Shown: positions 39,791-50,048 of the stretch, one piece after another
Layout: the number at the start of each line of letters is the position of its first letter
Numbering within the stretch: position 1 is the first letter of the stretch
Source: Balanoglossus misakiensis
Taxonomy: Eukaryota > Animalia > Hemichordata
Assembly: GCA_040954595.2 (NCBI GenBank)
Contig: CM082576.2
Coordinates: 16,353,028 to 16,417,027 of the forward strand
Length of the DNA stretch: 64,000 nucleotides
Direction: 5' to 3'
Translations under genes and position numbers: made by a program
The notes under the pieces: model-generated
The model's database searches: none
Told to the model about the DNA's origin: nothing
What the model saw: the letters and a program-made list of their open reading frames with translations, nothing else

Positions 39791-42700
39791 GTAACAAATT
39801 ACATATTGTAACTTTAAATGTAAGAGGTCTAGGTAATTACTCTAAACGTAGAGATATCTTGCAATGGCTTAAACACCAGAAGGCGTCTTTTGCCGTTTTA
39901 CAGGAAGTTTACGGTGAAAATATAAATATTGTTCAATGGGAAAAAGAATGGGGAGGTCGGATAATTATGTCGGAAGGAGCCAAAAATAGTAGAGGCGTCG
40001 CAATCTTTATTGCTAAACATTGTAATTTTCATATTGACAGTGTGTACAAAGATGACTCTGGTAGAATTGTTATTGTTAACGGTATGTACGAGAACATGGG
40101 TTTTTCAGTCAGTGGTGTCTATGCACCGAATGATGCTGTACAGAGAAATCGCTTTTTTGTCAACTTTATGAACATCATTGAGGTTAATTGTAAGTATGAA
40201 CGCCTTATAATAGCCGGTGACTTTAATTGTTCACTTAATAAGAGGCTGGATAAGAGATCTCGTACGGTATCTGTGGATAAATCCGTCCCGACCTTACGTA
40301 AAATGCTGCAGCAGTTCTCCCTGGTTGACATTTGGAGAGAACGCAACCCGTCACTGCAACAGTTTACATGGAGACGCCTGCATCCCAGCCCGACCTATAG
40401 TAGAATTGACTATATTTTTGTATCTAAGAGCATTCTAAAAAACACAAAAAGAGTTGACATCAGACCTGCATTGAAAACAGACCACATGGCTGTTTATTTA
40501 GAAATTATGTATAGGAAGTCTGACAGGGGTCCTGGCACCTGGAAATTTAACAAGCACCTCCTTAAAAAGGAGGATTACGTTATAAGTGTCCGTAATCTCC
40601 TGACACGGTGTAAAATTAAGTATGTGAATGTAGAAGCCAATGTTAGATGGGATTTGATAAAGAAAGATGTGAAGGAGTACACGATTGAGTATTGTCATAA
40701 TGTAACGAAGAATTCTAACACCCTCATTCATGAGTTGGAGAAGCATTTGCGTACTGCTGAACAAAACATGCTCCATGAGCCGTCTGATTCCAACATTGAG
40801 GCTTATGGTTTAATTAAACAGCGTTTGGAAGATCTTTTCACCCTCCGTGCCGAAGGTGCGCAGATACGCTCCAAGGCACGCTGGGTCGAAAAGGGTGAAA
40901 AAAGTACAAAGTTCTTTTTGGGTTTAGAGAAGACAAATGCCTCCAAAAAGGAGATGAATGTTCTCCGTACAGCGCAGGGTACCTATGTAACTGATACGGA
41001 GCACATTCTTGAGGAACAGAAGAACTTCTATCAAAATCTGTATAAAGATAAGCCGAGAGATAGTTGCCTTGACGATTTTCTAGGAGATGCAGCTGTTTCA
41101 CAGCTATCCCAGAATCAATCAGACATTTGTGAGGGTGAGCTCACAGAAAGAGAATGCTTTAAAGCACTGTGTATGATTGCTCCCAACAAATCTCCTGGAT
41201 GCGACGGGTTAACTGGTGAATTTTATCGTTTTTTCTGGAATGATATTTGCGATTATGTATTGTCATCTTTAAATAGTAGTTACAGGTGTGGTTCGCTCTC
41301 TTTATCTCAGAGACGGAGTTTACTTACACTCCTGTTTAAGAAAGGCTCCGAGGACGATTTAAACAACTGGCGTCCAGTGTCTCTTCTAAATACCGATTAT
41401 AAAATTGCTACTAAAGCCTTAGCTAATCGGTTACAGATCGTTCTTCCGTCATTGATCCATAGAGATCAAACCGGGTATATGAAGGGGCGTTTTATAGGTG
41501 AAAATGTTAGACTTATCTCTGACATCTTTCATTACTCAAAGAAGCACAATGTTGGGGGAGTTGCCATGTTCCTTGATTATGAAAAAGCCTTCGATAGCGT
41601 TAACTGGGACTATCTAGATGAAACTTTACGACGTATGAATTTTGGTCATTCCTTTCGTCAATGGGTAAAAACTTTCTACACGAACATTCAGAGCTGTATT
41701 TTATACAAGGGTTGGTCTTCAAGTTACTTCAGGTTAGAAAGGGGTGTCCGTCAGGGATGTCCCCTCTCTGCACTTTTATTTGTAATAGCAATTGAGTTTT
41801 TAGCTTGTAAGATCAGGCACGATAAAACTATCAAAGGGTTTCGTCTGCCTGCTGGTAATGGTCATGCCAAAGAAGCAAAGATATCTTTACTTGCAGATGA
41901 TACAACAGTATTCGTTGCAGATTTGTCTTCTGTTGTGTCTGTTCTCAAAGTAATGGAGAAGTTTCAAGGATGCAGTGGGCTAAGGTTAAATAAAAAGAAA
42001 ACGCAGGCTTTTAAACTTGGTAATTTAAGAAAATGTAACGATAAAGTGGGTGATATAAGTTGGACTGACAATCCTGTAAAAACTCTTGGAGTATATTTTG
42101 GGTATGATGATGCTCTGTGTAAGCAGTTAAACTGGGATGATAAGTTAAAATCATTAGGTAAAGTTTTGGAAATGTGGGGAAGACGGCAACTCACGATTTA
42201 TGGCCGTGTTCTCATTACCAAGTCTCTTGCTGTTTCAAAAATTATGTATTTATCATCAGTAATTGGTATTCCCAATGATATTCTCTGTAAAGTACAACGT
42301 CTCGTTGACAGTTTTGTAAAACGTAAAAGGAGAATTTCGAACAAAACTCTTGAAAGTGGCTACAAGCTAGGAGGAGTTAATCATATTAATGTGAAATGCC
42401 AAGTGGAAGCAATGATGGCTCTTTGGGTTAAAAGAATAATAATGTGTAAAGACGAGACATGGGCTGTCTTGCCCTGGTCATATTTGCTTTTAGATAATAC
42501 CACAAATTTATTGCATCAACACTCAATTTGGCAAAGGGTTCCTGATTTTCTTTTATCTGTACTCCCAGAATTTTATGTAAATGTACTGAATGCCTGGTAT
42601 GCGGTGAAACACAATGCTTCCCGTGCAGGGAACCGTACCCTTGTCTGGTCCTCCAAATTCAGGTGTTTTTATGCAGCTCACTCTGAAAGTGATGACTATG

Positions 42701-43356
42701 ATGTCACACTTGGCGTTTCTAAATCTCCGGTCCACAAATTAACTTGTAAGGTGTTGTATACTCATCTCATTCAGAGGCACTCAGTACAGGCTAGCGATAA
42801 ACTCTCAAAATGGTTTTCTAAGTTAAATATCACCCCTGTAAAGCCAGAGAGCGACTGTTACAAAATCTGGCTGAGTGTGTACAAGTTGACTAAAGAGACC
42901 AAGTTAAGAGAGTTTCAGTGGAAACTTCTACAACGCTTATTACCATGTAACAAGTATTTATACTTGTGGAAGTTAAATGAGTCAATGTTCTGTCCTCTTT
43001 GTCACCAGATTGACTCTCTGGAACACAGATTTATTTATTGTCAAATAGCTGTGAGATGCTGGAAAAAGCTGAAATACGTCATCTCTAAATGTTTTGAGTG
43101 TAGAGAAATAACACCATCAGACATTATTTTTACAAAAGTTGGCGAGAATGTCAAACCCAAAGAAAAACGTTATGTTTTTCAGCTTTTAATTCTTCTTGGG
43201 AAATGGAGCATCCATAAGTACTGGGTGACTAATGAAAACACACCGATTGAAGTTTTAATCAAAAATGAGTTTATGTTAAGGTATAAGATTGAAAAACAAC
43301 TGGATGCGAAAGCTGTTGTGCTAGAAACTTTTCAGAAAATTACGAGTTTACTGTAA
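39787..43356 (+). CDS. Retrotransposon ORF2p (APE endonuclease, reverse transcriptase, C-terminal Cys/His zinc motif)
   Basis: 1189 aa uninterrupted. Endonuclease motifs: TLNVRG, LQE, YAPN, GDFN, SRIDY, TDH. RT motifs: KSPGCDG, WRPVSLLN, RQGCPLS, LADD. C-terminal CPLC...EHRFIYC. Confidence 0.97.
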   Translation: MSNKLHIVTLNVRGLGNYSKRRDILQWLKHQKASFAVLQEVYGENINIVQWEKEWGGRIIMSEGAKNSRGVAIFIAKHCNFHIDSVYKDDSGRIVIVNGMYENMGFSVSGVYAPNDAVQRNRFFVNFMNIIEVNCKYERLIIAGDFNCSLNKRLDKRSRTVSVDKSVPTLRKMLQQFSLVDIWRERNPSLQQFTWRRLHPSPTYSRIDYIFVSKSILKNTKRVDIRPALKTDHMAVYLEIMYRKSDRGPGTWKFNKHLLKKEDYVISVRNLLTRCKIKYVNVEANVRWDLIKKDVKEYTIEYCHNVTKNSNTLIHELEKHLRTAEQNMLHEPSDSNIEAYGLIKQRLEDLFTLRAEGAQIRSKARWVEKGEKSTKFFLGLEKTNASKKEMNVLRTAQGTYVTDTEHILEEQKNFYQNLYKDKPRDSCLDDFLGDAAVSQLSQNQSDICEGELTERECFKALCMIAPNKSPGCDGLTGEFYRFFWNDICDYVLSSLNSSYRCGSLSLSQRRSLLTLLFKKGSEDDLNNWRPVSLLNTDYKIATKALANRLQIVLPSLIHRDQTGYMKGRFIGENVRLISDIFHYSKKHNVGGVAMFLDYEKAFDSVNWDYLDETLRRMNFGHSFRQWVKTFYTNIQSCILYKGWSSSYFRLERGVRQGCPLSALLFVIAIEFLACKIRHDKTIKGFRLPAGNGHAKEAKISLLADDTTVFVADLSSVVSVLKVMEKFQGCSGLRLNKKKTQAFKLGNLRKCNDKVGDISWTDNPVKTLGVYFGYDDALCKQLNWDDKLKSLGKVLEMWGRRQLTIYGRVLITKSLAVSKIMYLSSVIGIPNDILCKVQRLVDSFVKRKRRISNKTLESGYKLGGVNHINVKCQVEAMMALWVKRIIMCKDETWAVLPWSYLLLDNTTNLLHQHSIWQRVPDFLLSVLPEFYVNVLNAWYAVKHNASRAGNRTLVWSSKFRCFYAAHSESDDYDVTLGVSKSPVHKLTCKVLYTHLIQRHSVQASDKLSKWFSKLNITPVKPESDCYKIWLSVYKLTKETKLREFQWKLLQRLLPCNKYLYLWKLNESMFCPLCHQIDSLEHRFIYCQIAVRCWKKLKYVISKCFECREITPSDIIFTKVGENVKPKEKRYVFQLLILLGKWSIHKYWVTNENTPIEVLIKNEFMLRYKIEKQLDAKAVVLETFQKITSLL

Positions 43357-43480
43357 TTTTTAACCTCTTCAGGCCAGTGCAACAATACTGTCTTTTCTAT
43401 ATTTATATAAACATGTAATTGAGGTGAAGGTTTAAATAAAAGATAAAAAAAAAAAAAAACAACGAAAACAGTTTTTTACG

Positions 43481-43722
43481 GAGCCCTGTAAGCGGTTCTG
43501 GGGTCTCTTTACCGTGCCGGGCATTTCACAGTAAAACTTCACTATGTATTCATACACCAGCGGAGGGGTGGGTACAAGATTTGACCCTGAACAAGGTCTA
43601 CAAACGGCGATGGGTCGGCTCGTTCTCTCCCCTTTCACTCAACCACCTGAACCCTGCCTCGACCTGTTCACTACTGGTGTAATTTCCACAGCTACCCACG
43701 TGACCATAGCGTACAAGGGCTC
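43481..43722 (-). ncRNA. Structured RNA variant A, the copy at the Tx1 insertion (intact)
   Basis: Full copy; its 3' 31 nt are also duplicated at 38206-38236 as part of the TSD. Confidence 0.7.
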
Positions 43723-44128
43723 ATAGACATGGTCTATTTTACCCGGAAATGGCTAGCCAGCTGCAAGAATTTGTCAAGACAATGACAGATAAGATTACCT
43801 TGTACCATTCCCGTGGCATTTTTCGTTAGGGAAATTGTCAACTTCATCAGCTATGTGTTACCCCCCTCAACTCCCCCCCCCCCCCAAAAAAAAAAAAAAA
43901 AAAAAAAATCTAAGGAAATTTGTGTGTGTTAGTGACTGTGTGTGAAGTCTACCGTTCACGGTAACATAGAAAATTATTTTGCCAAACTTAGAATAGAAAA
44001 TATATGTTGGAGTTTATTATTTACATTTATTCACATATGCAGCTCAATTCAAAACACGGTTTAAAAGGACATAAAGTTGTATGCCGGTGCCGAATCACAT
44101 TGTTTTTTAAAATGTAGCAAATTTTGTT

Positions 44129-44338
44129 GAGTCTTCCAAGCGGTTCTGGGGTCTCTTTACCGTGCCGGGCGTTTCACAGTAAAACTTCACCGTGTACTCC
44201 TACGCCAGCGTTTTTTAGTGGAGACAAGGAATGACGGGATGGCCGAACCACCAACATCAGTTCTACTTGTTCAACACCAGTGTACTTCCCCCGGCGTACT
44301 TTCCACGGCTACCCACGTGACCATAGCTTGGCGGTCTC
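44129..44338 (-). ncRNA. Structured RNA variant B, copy 2
   Basis: Matches 34884-35093. Confidence 0.7.
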
Positions 44339-45765
44339 TTTGATGCAACCTCTTAAAGCCCAGAAATATATACTGTTTTCATTCAGAAGACTAACGACAG
44401 ACACCGCTGAATATTAAAATCACTGTCTATTGAAATGAGCTGTATATATGATACCAATGGGCCTAATCTTTACGATAGTTACGCATCATACCCTTGCCTT
44501 GAGTAGGATGTTGTATGTGTAACGCTCTTTAGGAAAATAATAATCACAGTCGCGTGAGAGTTTGTTACACGTCGAACTGTTCCTATTCTTCTGAGTCATA
44601 GGGGCAATTCGCCGTGTAATAAAATGCTCTTTAAATACGACTTTATTTACCCGAAATACCAAAGTTTATGCAACAATCACTCCCACTTTTGATCCACGTG
44701 TGACCCCCTAGATAGGTTAGAATTATCCTGCGCTACAATCTCTGTACGGCAGCGCGTTTGACGTGAGCAGGGCCAGGGGGAACGAACGCGCTACTTGACA
44801 ACATGTCATTCCATTCGTGCGACGCGCACGCAGCCGTGCGCACGATGCATGCAATGTGATGTTTGGCCGAAGCACAGCGACTGCGGCCGAAGCTTGTGTA
44901 TCGCTGTTTGTATAAAGTTTACTGGCATACAGTACCTCTTCTACGACTTTTTTTGTAAAATTAGAATTCATTGGTTATTTTGCATAATTTTTAACCAATG
45001 GCGTACATGGCCAAGACGAGTTGCTTAGCATCGCACTGTATGCATCACACGACAAATATTACAGAAAACAAAAGTCTCTCACGACTCTTACCCGAGAGAG
45101 GCGCTCTTCATATTTTATGTCCAGTAGTTCCAGTGAACACTGCCAAAACAAGTGCGTGAAGAGCGGGTTCTCAACCAGCCACTTTACAACAAAGAAAATG
45201 AAACGAAAGCAGAGAGTGTAGAGCCGCTGCTTGTGCTTTGTGATCGTGAGGAGTCGTCTATGGCAACAGTGACACAAATAGAACATCAGAACACTTCCTG
45301 TTTTCTTGCGACAAAAGCATGATGGGAATTTCATCGCGAGAACTTTCGCGCGTCCGTGAGCGGGTAACTTAGCAACAAGTATGGCGAACATTCCTTTCTT
45401 TACGGCGTGGTGGCGACAGCCTTTAGGCGCGGCTTTCCGCGGACCCGAATTTTCCTTTCATTTGGCGAAGGAGGAATCTTTGCCTGTACAGATTATTCTA
45501 AACCTTTAAATCTTGTGAACAAGGGGTAAAACATTCCAATGATAAAATGTACTTATTTTTAGTTGGAGTTTTTGACCTAAAATTTGCGTATAAAGTTTCC
45601 TTTTAGACTTGCTCTCGTCGTCGCCTCGTAGCATTGTCTGTGCGACAGTGCTGTAAAAAAAAACAACAGTTAGACATGAATCTTACCGAGAGGCGGCGCT
45701 TTTCGGATGGCAATGTTAAGTACTTGAAGTGTGGTAGAACTACCAAATGATGAAAACAGGATTTC

Positions 45766-45911
45766 AGATTTGACCCTGAACAAGGTCTACAAACGGCGAT
45801 GGGTCGGCTCGTTCTCTCCCCTTTCACTCAACCACCTGACCCCTGCCTCGACCTGTTCACTACTGGTGTAATTTCCACAGCTACCCACGTGACCATAGCG
45901 TACAAGGGCTC
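45766..45911 (-). pseudogene. Truncated variant A copy at the second duplication junction
   Basis: Same junction sequence as at 36544. Confidence 0.8.
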
Positions 45912-46551
45912 ATAGACATGGTCTATTTTACCCGGAAATGGCTAGCTAGCTGCACGAATTTGTCAAGACAATGACAGATAAGATTACTTTCCTATAGCAT
46001 TGTTCTGTTGGAAATTATCACTTTCCTCAATTATAGTATACTACCCAAATAATAAAAAATATATTATCTGCGAATTATGGTGTGTTTTTAGTAACTGTAT
46101 GTAAAGTAAGTTCAAATGTTAATCCTTCCAAAGGAGGATAATGCTCAGAAAAGTTAGTCCTTTCATATTTCCCCTTCAGAATTTATCACCGTCACATTCG
46201 ACCTTCAAGCCACGTTCTGGACACACAGACCCATGCTCGCGTAAACAAAACCATTTGGGTCTTACCATCAGGCAGCGCTCTTAAAAAAATGCTATTTATG
46301 TCCTAGAATCTTACTATCTTACTGAGATTAACACGGTAACGACCTGAACATCAGTGTCGTTTACCTCATACATTCATGGTTGTTAAAAGTGTCCCATATG
46401 AGTGTTCAGTCCCCGTTCGTTTTGTAAGCCTGTTGTTTTTAGGGTATGTGAAAAACACTGCCGTTTTTTTTTTTCATTATTAGCAAAAGTTACCTTATCT
46501 GTCGTTAGTCTCATTTTTTAGAGAAAGAAACAACGAAAACAGTTTTTTACG

Positions 46552-46793
46552 GAGCCCTGTAAGCGGTTCTGGGGTCTCTTTACCGTGCCGGGCATTTCAC
46601 AGTAAAACTTCACTATGTATTCATACACCAGCGGAGGGGTGGGTACAAGATTTGACCCTGAACAAGGTCTACAAACGGCGATGGGTCGGCTCGTTCTCTG
46701 CCCTTTCACTCAACCACCTGAACCCTGCCTCGACCTGTTCACTACTGGTGTAATTTCCACAGCTACCCACGTGACCATAGCGTACAAGGGCTC
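46552..46793 (-). ncRNA. Structured RNA variant A
   Basis: Full 242-nt copy. Confidence 0.7.
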
Positions 46794-47431
46794 ATAGACA
46801 TGGTCTATTTTACCCGAAAATGGCTAGCTAGCTGCACGAATTTGTCAAGACAATGACAGATAAGATTACTTTCCTATAGCATTGTTCTGTTGGAAATTAT
46901 CACTTTCCTCAATTATAGTATACTACCCAAATAATAAAAAATATATTATCTGCGAATTATGGTGTGTTTTTAGTAACTGTATGTAAAGTAAGTTCAAATG
47001 TTAATCCTTCCAAAGGAGGATAATGCTCAGAAAAGTTAGTCCTTTCATATTTCCCCTTCAGAATTTATCACCGTCACATTCGACCTTCAAGCCACGTTCT
47101 GGACACACAGACCCATGCTCGCGTAAACAAAACCATTTGGGTCTTACCATCAGGCAGCGCTCTTAAAAAATGCTATTTATGTCCTAGAATCTTACTATCT
47201 TACTGAGATTAACACGGTAACGACCTGAACATCAGTGTCGTTTACCTCATACATTCATGGTTGTTAAAAGTGTCCCATATGAGTGTTCAGTCCCCGTTCG
47301 TTTTGTAAGCCTGTTGTTTTTAGGGTATGTGAAAAACACTGCCGTTTTTTTTTTCATTATTAGCAAAAGTTACCTTATCTGTCGTTAGTCTCATTTTTTA
47401 GAGAAAGAAACAACGAAAACAGTTTTTTACG

Positions 47432-47673
47432 GAGCCCTGTAAGCGGTTCTGGGGTCTCTTTACCGTGCCGGGCATTTCACAGTAAAACTTCACTATGTAT
47501 TCATACACCAGCGGAGGGGTGGGTACAAGATTTGACCCTGAACAAGGTCTACAAACGGCGATGGGTCGGCTCGTTCTCTCCCCTTTCACTCAACCACCTG
47601 AACCCTGCCTCGACCTGTTCACTACTGGTGTAATTTCCACAGCTACCCACGTGACCATAGCGTACAAGGGCTC
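47432..47673 (-). ncRNA. Structured RNA variant A
   Basis: Full 242-nt copy. Confidence 0.7.
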
Positions 47674-48312
47674 ATAGACATGGTCTATTTTACCCGAAAA
47701 TGGCTAGCTAGCTGCACGAATTTGTCAAGACAATGACAGATAAGATTACTTTCCTATAGCATTGTTCTGTTTGAAATTATCACTTTCCTCAATTATAGTA
47801 TACTACCCAAATAATAAAAAATATATTCTCTGCGAATTATTGTGTGTTTTTAGTGACTGTATGTAAAGTAAGTTCAAATCTTAATCCTTCCAAAGGAAGA
47901 TAATGCTCAGAAAAGTTAGTCATTTCATATTTCCCCTTCAGAATTTATCACCGTCACATTCGACCTTCAAGCCACGTTCTGGACACACAGACCCATACTC
48001 GCGTAAACAAAACCATTTGGGTCTAACCATCAGGCAGCGCTCTTAAAATAATGCTATTTATGTCCTAGAATCTTACTATCTTACTGAGATTAACACGGTA
48101 ACGACCTGAACATCAGTGTCGTTTACCTATATACATTCATGGTTGTTAAAAGTGTCCCATACGAGTGTTCAGTCCCCGTTCGTTTTGTAAGCCTGTTGTT
48201 TTTAGGGTATGTGAAAAACACTGCCGTTTTTTTTTCATTATTAGCAAAAGTTACCTTATCTGTCGTTAGTCTCATTTTTTAGAGAAAGAAACAACGAAAA
48301 CAGTTTTTTACG

Positions 48313-48554
48313 GAGCCCTGTAAGCGGTTCTGGGGTCTCTTTACCGTGCCGGGCATTTCACAGTAAAACTTCACTATGTATTCATACACCAGCGGAGGGG
48401 TGGGTACAAGATTTGACCCTGAACAAGGTCTACAAACGGCGATGGGTCGGCTCGTTCTCTCCCCTTTCACTCAACCACCTGAACCCTGCCTCGACCTGTT
48501 CACTACTGGTGTAATTTCCACAGCTACCCACGTGACCATAGCGTACAAGGGCTC
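48313..48554 (-). ncRNA. Structured RNA variant A
   Basis: Full 242-nt copy. Confidence 0.7.
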
Positions 48555-49193
48555 ATAGACATGGTCTATTTTACCCGAAAATGGCTAGCTAGCTGCACGA
48601 ATTTGTCAAGACAATGACAGATAAGATTACTTTCCTATAGCATTGTTCTGTTGGAAATTATCACTTTCCTCAATTATAGTATACTACCCAAATAATAAAA
48701 AATATATTCTCTGCGAATTATTGTGTGTTTTTAGTGACTGTATGTAAAGTAAGTTCAAATCTTAATCCTTCCAAAGGAAGATAATGCTCAGAAAAGTTAG
48801 TCATTTCATATTTCCCCTTCAGAATTTATCACCGTCACATTCGACCTTCAAGCCACGTTCTGGACACACAGACCCATACTCGCGTAAACAAAACCATTTG
48901 GGTCTAACCATCAGGCAGCGCTCTTAAAATAATGCTATTTATGTCCTAGAATCTTACTATCTTACTGAGATTAACACGGTAACGACCTGAACATCAGTGT
49001 CGTTTACCTATATACATTCATGGTTGTTAAAAGTGTCCCATATGAGTGTTCAGTCCCCGTTCGTTTTGTAAGCCTGTTGTTTTTAGGGTATGTGAAAAAC
49101 ACTGCCGTTTTTTTTTCATTATTAGCAAAAGTTACCTTATCTGTCGTTAGTCTCATTTTTTAGAGAAAGAAACAACGAAAACAGTTTTTTACG

Positions 49194-49435
49194 GAGCCCT
49201 GTAAGCGGTTCTGGGGTCTCTTTACCGTGCCGGGCATTTCACAGTAAAACTTCACTATGTATTCATACACCAGCGGAGGGGTGAGTACAAGATTTGACCC
49301 TAAACAAGGTCTACAAACGGCGATGGGTCGGCTCGTTCTCTCCCCTTTCACTCAACCACCTGACCCCTGCCTCGACCTGTTCACTACTGGTGTAATTTCC
49401 ACAGCTACCCACGTGACCATAGCGTACAAGGGCTC
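49194..49435 (-). ncRNA. Structured RNA variant A
   Basis: Full copy with two substitutions in the variable arm. Confidence 0.7.
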
Positions 49436-49838
49436 ATAGACATGGTCTATTTTACCCGGAAATGGCTAGCCAGCTGCAAGAATTTGTCAAGACAATGACA
49501 GATAAGATTACCTTGTACCATTCCCGTGGCATTTTTCGTTAGGGAAATTGTCAACTTCATCAGCTATGTGTTACCCCCCTCAACTCCCCCCCCCCCAAAA
49601 AAAAAAAAAAAAAAAAATTCTAAGGAAATTTGTGTGTGTTAGTGACTGTGTGTGAAGTCTACCGTTCACGGTAACATAGAAAATTATTTTGCCAAACTTA
49701 GAATAGAAAATATATGTTGGAGTTTATTATTTACATTTATTCACATATGCAGCTCAATTCAAAACACGGTTTAAAAGGACATAAAGTTGTATGCCGGTGC
49801 CGAATCACATTGTTTTTTAAAATGTAGCAAATTTTGTT

Positions 49839-50048
49839 GAGTCTTCCAAGCGGTTCTGGGGTCTCTTTACCGTGCCGGGCGTTTCACAGTAAAACTTCAC
49901 CGTGTACTCCTACGCCAGCGTTTTTTAGTGGAGACAAGGAATGACGGGATGGCCGAACCACCAACATCAGTTCTACTTGTTCAACACCAGTGTACTTCCC
50001 CCGGCGTACTTTCCACGGCTACCCACGTGACCATAGCTTGGCGGTCTC
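49839..50048 (-). ncRNA. Structured RNA variant B, copy 3
   Basis: Matches 34884-35093. Confidence 0.7.

Larger units (their letters stand above)
38237..43459 (+). mobile_element. Full-length L1-clade (Tx1-type) non-LTR retrotransposon with poly(A) tail and 52-bp TSD
   Basis: 5' UTR, ORF1, ORF2, AATAAA at 43435 and A-tail to 43459. TSD caacgaaaacag...ggtctcttta at 38185-38236 and 43460-43511. Confidence 0.95.
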
